Assembly (NCBI GenBank): GCA_965228735.1
Contig: OZ245838.1
Coordinates: forward strand, 6,720,001-6,784,000
Direction of reading: 5' to 3'
Length of the DNA: 64,000 nucleotides
Origin: Planctomycetota bacterium
Lineage (GTDB): Bacteria; Planctomycetota; UBA1135; UBA2386
The notes beneath the pieces are model-generated. The model had not been told where the DNA came from and ran no database searches. It saw nothing but the letters and a program-made list of their open reading frames with translations. The translations under genes and the position numbers were made by a program. Shown piece after piece: positions 9,409 to 19,203 of the stretch (position 1 is the stretch's first letter; every line of letters begins with the position of its first letter).

Positions 9409-10566
9409 ATGCCGAAGAAGCTCCAGCGCAAACTCTCCGTCCAAAAGGCGAGCCCGGCCAAAGCCGTGGCGAAGAACGGCACGCCCAAGAGCGGCGGCGG
9501 GTTCTCGCTCGGCGGCAACCGGGTCACGCCGCGGGTGCTGACGCAGTTCACGAATCAGCTCGCGGTGTTGCTCAATGCCGGCATCCCGATCGCGAAGAGC
9601 CTGCGAGTCATCGAGGGTCAGCTCCCGGCGGGCCCGATGAAGCGCATCTCCGCGGGCCTCGTCGAGGAGGTCGAGGGCGGCACGCCGCTGTCCGAGGCGA
9701 TGCAGAAGCACGACGCCGTGTTCGATCCGCTCTACACCAACATGGTGCGCGCGGGTGAGGCCGGCGGTGTGCAGGAGGAGATCCTCAACCGCCTCAGCGG
9801 CTTCCTCGAGCAGAGCGAGACGATCAAGTCGCGGGTGAAGGGTGCGCTCGCGTATCCGATCGCGATCCTCGTCGTCGCGATCGCGGTGCTCGCGCTGATC
9901 TTCATCTTCGTGATCCCGCGGTTCCGGTCGGTCTTCGAGAGCATGGGCCAGGGCGATGCGATGCACTGGACCACGGAGACCGTGATCGCCATCGGCGAAC
10001 ACCTGCAGGGGTTCTGGTGGGTCTACCTGCTGTCGATCGTGGGCATCGTCGCGCTGCACCGGCTGCTGATGGCGAAGGCCATGGGCTACAAGCGCGTGAT
10101 GCACCGGCTCGCGCTGAAGATGCCGCTGTTCGGTACGCTGGTGCACAAGAGCATGGTCGCGCGATTCGCGCGCACGTTCGGCACCCTGATCGAGAGCGGC
10201 GTGCCGCACCTCGACGCGCTCGAGATCCTCATCGCGTCGACGAACAACGTGCACATGAAGGACGCGGTCGACGCCGTGCAGACGTCGATCAAGGAAGGTG
10301 CCGGTTTCGCGTCGCCGATGGGCGAGAGCCGCATGTTCGACGACATCGTCGTCAACATGGTGGACGTCGGCGAACAGACCGGTGAACTCGACCGCATGTT
10401 GCAGAAGGTCGCGGACCGCTACGAGATCGAGGTCGACCGCACCGTGGAGACGACGTTCAAGGTCATCGAGCCGATTCTGCTCGTCGTGATGGCCGTGGTC
10501 GTCGGCTTCATCGTGTTCGCGCTGTTCATGCCGCTCCTGACGATGATGCAGAACCTCAAGCGGTAA
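9409..10566 (+). CDS. pilC: Type II secretion GspF / type IV pilus PilC platform protein
   Basis: FTNQLAVLLNAGIPI, NMVRAGEAGG, ALAYP, RFARTFGTLIESGVP, VGEQTGELD, IEP..LFMP. Confidence 0.93.
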   Translation: MPKKLQRKLSVQKASPAKAVAKNGTPKSGGGFSLGGNRVTPRVLTQFTNQLAVLLNAGIPIAKSLRVIEGQLPAGPMKRISAGLVEEVEGGTPLSEAMQKHDAVFDPLYTNMVRAGEAGGVQEEILNRLSGFLEQSETIKSRVKGALAYPIAILVVAIAVLALIFIFVIPRFRSVFESMGQGDAMHWTTETVIAIGEHLQGFWWVYLLSIVGIVALHRLLMAKAMGYKRVMHRLALKMPLFGTLVHKSMVARFARTFGTLIESGVPHLDALEILIASTNNVHMKDAVDAVQTSIKEGAGFASPMGESRMFDDIVVNMVDVGEQTGELDRMLQKVADRYEIEVDRTVETTFKVIEPILLVVMAVVVGFIVFALFMPLLTMMQNLKR

Positions 10567-10570
10567 CCCA

Positions 10571-12058
10571 TTGTCGCTGGCCTGGCGGATCCTGCTGATC
10601 GCGCTGCTGCTCAACGTCGCGACGCTGGGCGGCGTCCAGGTCATCGTCCACAGCAACCAGCAGGCCTGGTTCCAGCGCGAGCGCACCAACTTCATCAACT
10701 CGGTCTTCGACTCCGGTCGCGAGCTGGCGCGCGTGTATTCGCCCGAGTCGCTGAGCGACGACAGTGCCGAGGCGCTGCAGGTCCGCAGCCTGATCAGCAA
10801 CACCACGATCCGCAGCGAGTTCGCGGACGTGATCGTGACGAGCGGTCGGCCGCCGCACGGGCGCGTCTACCTCAACCCGGGCGGCGCGGTGCACCGCGAC
10901 CCCGACGCGTTCCCGCATGCGACGATCGTCGCCGCGATGAATCGCGCGGCCGAGGTCAACGGCACGGTGCCGGTCGCGGGCGGCACGTGTTTCGCCGTGC
11001 GGCAGAAGAAGGCCGGCGTCGAGGAGGTCGTCGGCTTCGTGTGGTTCCGCCCGAAGTCGGCCGCGCTGCCGTCGGCGCTGCCGTTCTGGGGCAGTCTCGT
11101 CGCGCTCTCGATCGGCGTCCTGCTGTTCGGAGCCGCGCTGTTCGTCGGGATCCGTCGTACTGTCGGGCGTCCGCTCGAGCAGCTCCACGCGGCCGCGTCC
11201 GACGTCGCGAGCGGGCGCTACGGCGCGCGGCTGCCGACGAACCTGCCCGGCGCCGAGTTCGCGCCCGTCGTTACCGCATTCAACCACATGGCCGGCAAGG
11301 TCGAGGACCACACCGCGACGCTCGAACGGGCGGTGCAGGAGGCCGTCGCCGAGGCCAAGCAGAAGGAGCGCGCGCTCGTGATGAGCTCGCGCCTCGCGAG
11401 CATCGGCACGCTGGCGGCCGGTGTCGCGCACGAGATCAACAACCCGATCGGCGGTATGCAGAACGCCGTCCAGCGGCTGCTCGCCGCCGAGGACCTGACC
11501 GACAAGCAGCGCACCTACCTGCGCCTCGTGCAGGACGGCCTGCAGCGGGTCGGTCGCACCGCGCGCCGACTGCTCGACTTCTCGCCGAAGGAGGGCCAGG
11601 CTGCCGAGTTCGCGCTTGCCCAGGCGGTCGAGCAGGCGGTCGCGCTCGTCGAGCACCGGCAGAAGTCGGCGGCGGTCGCGCTCGACGTCGACGTCCCGGC
11701 GAGCCTGCCTGCCCTGCGCGGCGACGCGCACGAGATCCAGCAGGTCGTGCTGAACCTGTTGCTCAACTCACTCGACGCGCTCGAGCAACGCGGCGCCGGC
11801 GGCCGGATCACGGTGCGGGCCGAATCGACGGGCGAGGGGATGGTGCAGCTCCGCGTCGAGGACGACGGCCCCGGCATGGACCAGGCCCTGCTCGATCGCG
11901 TGTTCGACCCGTTCTTCACCGAGAAGGAACGCCCCGACGCGAGCGGCCTCGGCATGTTCATCAGCTTCTCGATCGTGCAGAACCACGGCGGCACGATGAC
12001 CGTCGACAGCGCCCCGGAGCAGGGCTTCCGCGTCGAGATCCGGCTGCCGGTGGCGTGA
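10571..12058 (+). CDS. Membrane sensor histidine kinase (HAMP, HisKA, HATPase)
   Basis: Two TMs, HAMP, GVAHEINNP H-box, NLLLNSLDA, DDGPG, FDPFFTEK, GLGMFIS. Confidence 0.93.
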   Translation: MSLAWRILLIALLLNVATLGGVQVIVHSNQQAWFQRERTNFINSVFDSGRELARVYSPESLSDDSAEALQVRSLISNTTIRSEFADVIVTSGRPPHGRVYLNPGGAVHRDPDAFPHATIVAAMNRAAEVNGTVPVAGGTCFAVRQKKAGVEEVVGFVWFRPKSAALPSALPFWGSLVALSIGVLLFGAALFVGIRRTVGRPLEQLHAAASDVASGRYGARLPTNLPGAEFAPVVTAFNHMAGKVEDHTATLERAVQEAVAEAKQKERALVMSSRLASIGTLAAGVAHEINNPIGGMQNAVQRLLAAEDLTDKQRTYLRLVQDGLQRVGRTARRLLDFSPKEGQAAEFALAQAVEQAVALVEHRQKSAAVALDVDVPASLPALRGDAHEIQQVVLNLLLNSLDALEQRGAGGRITVRAESTGEGMVQLRVEDDGPGMDQALLDRVFDPFFTEKERPDASGLGMFISFSIVQNHGGTMTVDSAPEQGFRVEIRLPVA

Positions 12059-12067
12059 TGACGATCG

Positions 12068-13438
12068 TCAGACCGGCTGCCAGTCGAGCGACTCGCGCAG
12101 TGCGTCGGTGACCGCCTGCGCGGCGCCGTAGCCCGCGCCGAACAGCGAGTCGAATCGCACCTCGCCGTTCTCGATGCGGAGCCGGGCGCTGCCGCTGGGC
12201 GAGCGTTCGTAGAGATCCGGGTGCGCTGCGAGCGTGCGTTCGACGACCGGCGCCGGCAGGTGGTCGAGGCCGCCGACGTAGTGGTGGCCGTTGCGTTCGG
12301 CATGGGGGAGTCCGAGCACGGCGGCCGTGACGAGGTCCTGCTGCACGCTGAGCACCGGCTGGTTCGTCAGGTCCTCCGAGCTCTGGAACCGCCCGTGGTG
12401 ATCGGCGCAGAACTCGCCGCTCAGCAGCGCGCGGAACACGCCCTTGCAGTTCTTGACCGACACGCCGTCGTAGTCGCTCTCGCGGAACGTGCGGCGCTGG
12501 GCGTCGGCTTCGTCGAGAAGCAGCGGGCGCGCGCGCGGCCAGTCCGACTCGGACGGTCGCTGCAGCGACGCGTGGCGCGGCAGCGGCTGTTCGATCCACG
12601 CGATGCGCGGCAGCAGTTCGCGGCCCGTGGGGCTCGCGGCGAGTCCGCGCCAGAAGCGGTCGAGCTCCGCGATGTCCGGATACTGCTCGTTGCCGTCGAG
12701 GGTGAGCCGCACGGCGTCGAGTCCGAGCTCGTGGAGCAGCTCGGCGATCGCTTCGAGGCGCGCGACGTCGGCGGTCGCGCCAGCACCGATCTTGACCTTG
12801 AGCCAGCGCACGCCGTGCTGTTGCAGCACCTCGTCGAGCGCTTCGGGCTGGCCGTCGTGCAGTCGAACGGCTGCCGGGATCTCACGGCTGCGCAGCGGGT
12901 CGAGGCGGCCAACGGTGTGCCGCACCTCGATGCGACGCGGGTGCGCGCCGCGGTCCTCGAAGGCGCGCCCGAACACGCCGCTCGTCAGGGCTGTGGCGAA
13001 GTCGAGTTCGTGGGCGCGGCAGACGGCATCGAGCATCGCGCGTTCGACGAGCGCGATGCCGAAGCCGCGCTCGAGCAGGTCGGGCACCGTGGGCGCTTCG
13101 CGCTCGACGCGCTCGTGCTGCACCTGCCGCCAAGTCTCGAACACGGTGTTCGCCGGCATCGCACGGAAGCACTCGGCTCCAACATTGACGGCATCGCAGA
13201 GCGCGCGCTGGTCGCCGTCGTGATCCCGGTCGACGTCTTTGCGGAACCACCGCGGCACGAGCAGATCCGCGGCCATGCCGATCGCGGTCTTGCGGCCGTC
13301 GACTGCGAGCGTCGCTGCGACGTGCAGGAGCGGTGCCTCGGTCACCGTCACGCCCCCGAAACGGAACGGGAGGCGCATCCGGCAGTCGACCGTGGCGACC
13401 TCGACGGCGCGAACGGCGACGTGCGGCGCGCGCGTCAC
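12068..13438 (-). CDS. Enolase-superfamily (mandelate racemase-like) protein
   Basis: LPFRFG N-domain, LKVKIG, TLDGNE, IEQP, LDEAD metal-ligand pattern. Confidence 0.75.
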   Translation of the reverse strand: MTRAPHVAVRAVEVATVDCRMRLPFRFGGVTVTEAPLLHVAATLAVDGRKTAIGMAADLLVPRWFRKDVDRDHDGDQRALCDAVNVGAECFRAMPANTVFETWRQVQHERVEREAPTVPDLLERGFGIALVERAMLDAVCRAHELDFATALTSGVFGRAFEDRGAHPRRIEVRHTVGRLDPLRSREIPAAVRLHDGQPEALDEVLQQHGVRWLKVKIGAGATADVARLEAIAELLHELGLDAVRLTLDGNEQYPDIAELDRFWRGLAASPTGRELLPRIAWIEQPLPRHASLQRPSESDWPRARPLLLDEADAQRRTFRESDYDGVSVKNCKGVFRALLSGEFCADHHGRFQSSEDLTNQPVLSVQQDLVTAAVLGLPHAERNGHHYVGGLDHLPAPVVERTLAAHPDLYERSPSGSARLRIENGEVRFDSLFGAGYGAAQAVTDALRESLDWQPV

Positions 13439-14643
13439 TCGGACGCTTCCGAGGTCGTCGGGCCGGGTGGGGTCGGCGAGGCTTCGCCCGGGCGCGGGCC
13501 CTCCGCCGCCTTCTCGTTCGGCTTGCGGCTGGCCTGCGGTCGATCCGCGGCGGCGGCGTCCGCGTGGCCCTCGCTGTAGAGCCAGACCTGGTTCTTGCCC
13601 CGGCGCTTGCTGTCCTGCAGCGCGCGGTTGGCGTTGCGTCGCAGGGTGTCGAGGTTGCTCGCCGTCCGGCCGTCGTAGCTGTCGATGCCGATCGACACCG
13701 TCGCGCGACGTTCGTAGTCGCCGCTCTGCACGACCGTGCTCGCGATGCGATCGCAGATGCGCAGCGCGGTCTGCACGGCCTCGGCCGGGCTCGTCTGCGG
13801 CAACAAGACACAGAACTCGTCGCCGCCGAAGCGTGCCGCGAAGTCGGTCTCGCGGATGTTGTCCTTGAGCGAGGACGCGATGCGGCGCAGCACCTCGTCA
13901 CCGAACTCGTACTCCGTCGAGTCGTTGATGCTCTTGAAGTCGTCGACGTCGATGAGCAGCAGCGAGAGCGGGTTGTGGTGCCGTTGCGCGCGCTTCCACT
14001 CGAGCTCGAGAATGCGCCGGAAGTAGCGATCCGACGTCAGCCCCGTCTTGAAGTCGATGCTGACCTGGTCCTCGAGCATGCGGGCGCGCGACCGCAGACC
14101 GCGGAAGCGACTGCGGTTGGCGAGCGCGAGCTCGAGCCGGTGCACGCACTCGGCGGGGGAGAACGGCTCGAGCAGGAAGTCGCGGAACGGGATGCGCATC
14201 TGCCGCGCGTCCGCGAGCGCCTCGAGGTCGTCGACGATCAGGATCAGCGGGATCGGGTCGTCCTCGCGCTGCAGGGTCTCGATCAGCTCGAGCTCCACGC
14301 CGCCCGAGCACAGCACGAGCGGGTTGAGGATCACGAGGTCTGGTCGTTCGTCCTGTACGAGGCGGTGGCTGTGGGCCAGGGACTCCCCGATCTGCACCGA
14401 GTGGCCGACGCGGGTCAGCGCGTCGCAGAGGCCCTGCAGCTGGTCGCCGCCATGATTCATCACGAGAATCCGGCCGGACCGGGGCGTTTCGGCTTCGCCG
14501 GACCCGTGGCCGGCCGCGCTCTGGCGGCTCTGGCGCGACGCCCCGGGGTCCGTCGTCGTCGGATCGGAAGGCTTCGGCGCCTTCGGATCCGGCCGCGACG
14601 GATCGCGGTCGTCCGGGTTCTTCGAAACGTGCCCCTCGGTCAT
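13435..14643 (-). CDS. Diguanylate cyclase with N-terminal pseudo-receiver domain
   Basis: DFKTGL, LIDVDDFKSIND, RETD I-site, ARFGGDEF. Start uncertain. Confidence 0.88.
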   Translation of the reverse strand: MTEGHVSKNPDDRDPSRPDPKAPKPSDPTTTDPGASRQSRQSAAGHGSGEAETPRSGRILVMNHGGDQLQGLCDALTRVGHSVQIGESLAHSHRLVQDERPDLVILNPLVLCSGGVELELIETLQREDDPIPLILIVDDLEALADARQMRIPFRDFLLEPFSPAECVHRLELALANRSRFRGLRSRARMLEDQVSIDFKTGLTSDRYFRRILELEWKRAQRHHNPLSLLLIDVDDFKSINDSTEYEFGDEVLRRIASSLKDNIRETDFAARFGGDEFCVLLPQTSPAEAVQTALRICDRIASTVVQSGDYERRATVSIGIDSYDGRTASNLDTLRRNANRALQDSKRRGKNQVWLYSEGHADAAAADRPQASRKPNEKAAEGPRPGEASPTPPGPTTSEASE

Positions 14644-14908
14644 GGCCTCATTGTGCGCGGTCTCGTCCCGCACCGGTATCGGCATGTGGGTAGGAAGCGG
14701 CGGTCGGTGCAAAATCTCTCGCTTTTCGCGCCCGCGGAAAGAATTCGTCGGTCGGGGTCCGCGACCCCCGTCCGCCCTCTGGCCCATGGCTCCGCCCGAT
14801 CCGCCGCGTCCGGCGCCGCGCCGTCCTGACCGGAACGACCGCGACATTCGACTCGGCGGGGGTGATCCAAAACGCTAGCGATCGGCCGGTCGGGGTTCCA
14901 GATCGACC

Positions 14909-14936
14909 TTGACCGGCCTGCTTCGCTCACTAGACT
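14909..14936 (+). promoter_or_regulatory. Sigma70-like promoter for the rpsB operon
   Basis: TTGACC-16 nt-TAGACT about 110 bp upstream of rpsB. Confidence 0.55.
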
Positions 14937-15047
14937 GCTTCGCCCCATCTGTCACCGATTCGGGCGACAGAAGGGCCCCGTTCTGGGTAGCCAATTGAAT
15001 CGATTTGTCGTCGCCGGCGTGGTCCGGCGGCCAGGAGCCGTTCGCAA

Positions 15048-16172
15048 GTGCCGCTAGTCACAGCACAGGAATTGATCGACGCCGGGGTCCATTACGGCCA
15101 CCAGGCCAGCCGCTGGAACCCCAAGATGAAGCCGTACATCCACGGCAAGCGGCACAAGATCCACGTGATCAATCTCGAGGAGACGATCCGCGGGATGTAC
15201 GTGGCGACGCACTTCCTGCGCCAGCTGGCGGCTACGGGCGCGCAGATCATGTTCCTCGGCACCAAGCGGCAGATCCGGCCCGTCGTCGAGAGCGAGTCCA
15301 AGCGCTGCGGCATGCCGTGCGTGACGGAGCGCTGGATCGGCGGCACGCTGACCAACTTCTCGACGGTGCGCGAGCGCCTGGCGCGGCTGGTCGAGCTCGA
15401 GAACCTCGAGTCGACCGGGGCGATGGAGAAGTACAAGAAGAAGGACCAGTCGACGATGCGCCGCGAGATGAAGCGCATCGCTCGCAACCTCGAAGGCGTC
15501 CGCGACCTCCACGGCCTGCCGGCGGCGCTCATCGTCGTCGACCCGCGCCGCGAGGAGAACGCGATGCGCGAGGCCAAGCGGATGAACGTGCCCGTCATCT
15601 GCGTGCTCGATACGGATTGTGACCCGACCCTGGCCGACATCGTGATCCCGGCGAACGACGACGCGATGAGCTCCGTGCAGCTCGTGCTCGCGCGCCTCGC
15701 GGATGCGATCGCCGAAGGCCACGCCTCGTGCGACGAGGCCACGCTGCGCGACGCGCAGAAGGCCGCGTCCGAAGACGTGCGCAGCAAGCAGATCCCGGGT
15801 CGCGCCTCCCAAGGGCGCGACGGCCGCGGCGGTCGCGGCGGTGGTGGCGGTCGCTTCGGCGGCGGCGGTCGTCGTGGTGGCCCCGGTGGCGGTCGCTTCG
15901 CCGGCGGTCATGCCGACTCGGTGTCGATCGGCAAGGACAAGCCCGAGTCGGGTTCGCCGACGGCACCCGAGGTGCTGCCGGCCGGCACGCCCGAGGGGGC
16001 GGCTGGCGGCGACGCCGCGGCGGCTCCGGCTGCCGAGGCTCCGCCTGCCGCTGCTCCGGCGGCCGATGCTCCGGCGGCGGATGCGCCCGCGCCGGCTCCG
16101 GCTCCCGATGCTCCCGCTCCGGAGGCCCCGGCCGCCGATGCGCCGAAGCCGGACGAGTCGAAGCCGGACTGA
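15048..16172 (+). CDS. rpsB: 30S ribosomal protein S2 with long low-complexity C-terminal tail
   Basis: LIDAGVHYGH..RWNPKMKPYI, ERWIGGTLTNF, DTDCDP, IPANDDA. Confidence 0.97.
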   Translation: MPLVTAQELIDAGVHYGHQASRWNPKMKPYIHGKRHKIHVINLEETIRGMYVATHFLRQLAATGAQIMFLGTKRQIRPVVESESKRCGMPCVTERWIGGTLTNFSTVRERLARLVELENLESTGAMEKYKKKDQSTMRREMKRIARNLEGVRDLHGLPAALIVVDPRREENAMREAKRMNVPVICVLDTDCDPTLADIVIPANDDAMSSVQLVLARLADAIAEGHASCDEATLRDAQKAASEDVRSKQIPGRASQGRDGRGGRGGGGGRFGGGGRRGGPGGGRFAGGHADSVSIGKDKPESGSPTAPEVLPAGTPEGAAGGDAAAAPAAEAPPAAAPAADAPAADAPAPAPAPDAPAPEAPAADAPKPDESKPD

Positions 16173-16332
16173 TCGAAGTTAGGACAAGACGCACGGCCAG
16201 CGCCGCTCGTTCCTGCGGCACCGTGCAATCGCCCGCGCCAGCGCGCGGGCGCGTCGACCGGCCGGTAATCGCACCGGCAGGTCGGCGTCCAGCCATGATT
16301 CAACCCTGACCCGAACTGCAACTACGAGTGCG

Positions 16333-16959
16333 ATGACCAATATCGACGCCAAGACCGTGATGAAGCTGCGCCAGATGACCGGCGCCCCGATGATGGACTG
16401 CAAAGCCGCCCTCAAGGAGACCGGCGGCGACATGGACAAGGCCAAGGACGTGCTCCGCAAGAAGGGCATGGCCTCCGCCGCGAAGGCCTCGGACCGCGAG
16501 GTCAACGAGGGCAAGCTGTTCAGCTACGTCCACCACAATGGCAAGATCGCGGTGATCGTCGAGGTCGTCTGTGAGACCGACTTCGTCGCGATGAACGAGG
16601 AGTTCAACGCGTTCGGCAAGGGCCTGTGCCTCACGGTCGTCGCCTACAACCCCGAGTACCTCGATCGCGAAGCGGTCGACCCGGCCGCGGTCGAGAAGGA
16701 GCGCGCGTTCGTGCTCGAGCAGACGCGCGAGACGATGCAGGGCAAGCCCGAAGAGGTCGTCGAGAAGGCCGTCGAGGGCCGCATGCGGAAGTTCTTCGAG
16801 GACAAGTGCCTCACCGAGGTCGGCTACGTGAACCCGCTGGATCAGAACGATTCGCGCCGGGTCGAGCAGGTCCGCCAGGAGCTCGTCGGCAAGATCGGCG
16901 AGAACATCAAGATCCGACGCTTCGTGCGCATGGACCTCGGCTCTCCGATCGAGAGCTGA
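16333..16959 (+). CDS. tsf: Elongation factor Ts (short form)
   Basis: LRQMTGAPMMDCKAAL, CETDFVA, IGENIKIRRF; follows rpsB. Confidence 0.97.
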   Translation: MTNIDAKTVMKLRQMTGAPMMDCKAALKETGGDMDKAKDVLRKKGMASAAKASDREVNEGKLFSYVHHNGKIAVIVEVVCETDFVAMNEEFNAFGKGLCLTVVAYNPEYLDREAVDPAAVEKERAFVLEQTRETMQGKPEEVVEKAVEGRMRKFFEDKCLTEVGYVNPLDQNDSRRVEQVRQELVGKIGENIKIRRFVRMDLGSPIES

Positions 16960-16961
16960 TC

Positions 16962-17708
16962 GTGGCTGCCGCGTCCTCCACGACCGTCTCGCCGCCGCGC
17001 ACCCTGAAGCGCATCCTCCTCAAGCTCAGCGGGGAGAGCCTCGGTGACGAGGGCGGCGGGGTCTCGCCCCCGGTCGTGGCGCAGGTCGCCCGGCAGATCG
17101 CGGGCGTACAGCGGCTCGGCGTCGAGGTCGCGGTCGTCGTCGGCGGCGGCAATCTGCTCCGCGGCGCCGAGTTCGCCAAGCAGGGCACCAACCGCGCGAC
17201 GGCCGACCAGATGGGCATGCTCGCGACGGCGATCAACGCGCTCGCGCTGCAGGACGGCCTCGAGCGCGAGGGCGTCGAGACGCGTTCGGCGAGCGCGGTC
17301 GAGATGAAGACGCTGATGGAGCCCTACATCCGCCGCCGCGTGGTGCGCCACCTCGAGAAGGGCCGCGCCGTGATCCTCGCGGGCGGCACGGGCAATCCGT
17401 ACTTCACGACGGACACGGCCGCGGCGCTGCGCGCGACCGAGCTCGGCGCCGATGCGATCTTCAAGGCGACCAAGGTCGACGGCGTCTACAGCGCCGATCC
17501 CAACGTCGACCCGAACGCCAAGCGCTTCGAGCGCCTCACGTTCCAGGATGCGCTGCAGCAGGACCTCAAGGTCATGGATCGCACGGCGTTCACCCTCTGC
17601 ATGGAGAACGGCATGCCGATCATGGTGTTCGACATGTTCGTCGAGGGCAACATGGAGCGCGCGGTGCGCGGCGACTCGATCGGCACCTGGGTCCTCATGC
17701 CGCAGTAG
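16962..17708 (+). CDS. pyrH: UMP kinase
   Basis: RILLKLSGE, VGGGN, DQMGMLAT, GTGNPYFTTDTAAALRA, KVDGVYSADP; GTG start inferred. Confidence 0.96.
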   Translation: MAAASSTTVSPPRTLKRILLKLSGESLGDEGGGVSPPVVAQVARQIAGVQRLGVEVAVVVGGGNLLRGAEFAKQGTNRATADQMGMLATAINALALQDGLEREGVETRSASAVEMKTLMEPYIRRRVVRHLEKGRAVILAGGTGNPYFTTDTAAALRATELGADAIFKATKVDGVYSADPNVDPNAKRFERLTFQDALQQDLKVMDRTAFTLCMENGMPIMVFDMFVEGNMERAVRGDSIGTWVLMPQ

Positions 17709-17802
17709 CGCCCGTACGGTACCTGGTTCGATCTGCAAGGCCGCCGCGCCTCAGCGCGGCGGCCTTGCAGATCGAACCAGGTACCGTACGGGCGCTACTG
17801 CG
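17701..17802. repeat. Perfect palindrome with 49-bp arms and 4-nt loop, REP/REPIN-like family copy 2, overlapping the pyrH stop
   Basis: CGCAGTAGCGCCCGTACGGTACCTGGTTCGATCTGCAAGGCCGCCGCGC-CTCA followed by its exact reverse complement. Confidence 0.92.
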
Positions 17803-17862
17803 CGGATACCCGGGACCGCAGTTCCTTGGCTTTCCGTGCCGCGATAGGATGCGGGGCACGCC

Positions 17863-18432
17863 ATGGAACCCTACGCCGAGATCCTTCTCGAACTCGAAGA
17901 GAAGACCCAGAAGACGGTCCAGCACCTGCGCGAGCAGCTCGGGAGCATTCGCACCGGGCGCGCTTCGCCGACGTTGCTCGACACGGTTCGCGTCGACTAC
18001 TACGGCGCGATGACGCCGCTGCAGCAGGTGGCGCACGTGTCGGTGCCGGAGGCGCGGCAGCTGATGATCAAGCCGTTCGATGCCTCGCCGCCGGTGATGA
18101 AGGAGATCGAGCGCGCGATCCTCAAGTCGGACCTCGGCCTGACGCCGCAGTCCGACGGCAAGGTGCTGCGGCTCATCATGCCGCCGCTGTCGGGTGAGCA
18201 GCGCCAGAAGCTCGTCCACAAGGTCAAGGAGATCGTCGAGCAGAACCGGGTCGCGCTGCGCAACGAGCGGCGCGATGCGAACAAGCACGCCGACCAGCTC
18301 AAGAAGGACGGCGGCCTGACCGAGGACCAGCTCAAGAAGGCCCACGACGAGATCGACAAGGCCCTGAAGTCGGCCGACAAGAAGATGGACGAGATGCTCG
18401 AGAGCAAGAGCAAGGAGATCCTCGAGGAGTAG
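17863..18432 (+). CDS. frr: Ribosome recycling factor
   Basis: IRTGRASP, VDYYG, LGLTPQSDG, RVALRNERRDAN. Confidence 0.97.
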   Translation: MEPYAEILLELEEKTQKTVQHLREQLGSIRTGRASPTLLDTVRVDYYGAMTPLQQVAHVSVPEARQLMIKPFDASPPVMKEIERAILKSDLGLTPQSDGKVLRLIMPPLSGEQRQKLVHKVKEIVEQNRVALRNERRDANKHADQLKKDGGLTEDQLKKAHDEIDKALKSADKKMDEMLESKSKEILEE

Positions 18433-18699
18433 CGGCGACGGCGTCCCGGCCAGGACGCAAGGCCGGGAAGGACGACCGGGAAGAACCGGGCGCCGATCGG
18501 CTCCGATCCCCGGCGTGCCGTCCGGGTGTGCGCTCCGGGTCGGCGCTCCGGGCTGGCCGGATTCCTAGGAACGGCCCTTGTTCGGCGGCGCGCTGGGCCG
18601 AAATCCCCGGTTGCGCAGTCGTTCTGCCGCCGGAATCTCAGAAGGCCCGTTGCGTCGCGGGCACCGGCGCGCTTCGATGCTTCCCCCAATTGTGGCCAC

Positions 18700-18775
18700 G
18701 GGGGCGTAGCTCAGTCGGTAGAGCAGCGGCCTTTTAAGCCGTAGGTCGAAGGTTCGAGCCCTTCCGCCCCTACCA
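18700..18775 (+). tRNA. tRNA-Lys (anticodon UUU)
   Basis: Cloverleaf GGGGGCG-TA-GCTC..GAGC-A-GCGGC-CTTTTAA-GCCGT-AGGTC-GAAGG-TTCGAGC-CCTTC-CGCCCCT-A-CCA; anticodon at 18733-18735. Confidence 0.96.
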
Positions 18776-18817
18776 GTCGTGAGCGTTCGCCGTCCGCGGC
18801 CTGCCGTTCCTATCATC

Positions 18818-19156
18818 ATGATCGATCCGGAGTTCCTGCGCCTGCTCGTCTGCCCGGCGACGCGTGCGCCGCTGCGTGCCGCAGAGGCGGCGGAGCTCGA
18901 CGCCGTGAACGCGGCGATCGATGGTGGAACCGCCCGCAATCGCGCGGGGGCCGTGGTCGAAGGGCGGGTCGACGGTGGCCTCGTGCCGACCGACGGCGCC
19001 GCCTTCTACCCGATCCGCGACGGCATCCCGATCCTGCTGTCGTCCGAGGCGATCCCGCTGGCGGACGGCGCGCCGGTCGCCGGAGAGCCGGTCGTCGGGT
19101 CCGCAGATGACGAGTCCGCCCGAGGCCGGGCAATTGGCGGCGAAACCGAGTCCTGA
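18818..19156 (+). CDS. Trm112/YcaR family protein
   Basis: MIDPEFLRLLVCP...YPIRDGIPILL. Confidence 0.85.
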   Translation: MIDPEFLRLLVCPATRAPLRAAEAAELDAVNAAIDGGTARNRAGAVVEGRVDGGLVPTDGAAFYPIRDGIPILLSSEAIPLADGAPVAGEPVVGSADDESARGRAIGGETES

Positions 19157-19203
19157 AGACGCGCGCCGGCTATCCTGTTCCGGCTCACCCACGCATAGGC
19201 AAG

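Noticed and set aside
18700..19200. tRNA-Lys as an integration site for an island
   Set aside because: No integrase and no duplicated tRNA 3' end found in the window.
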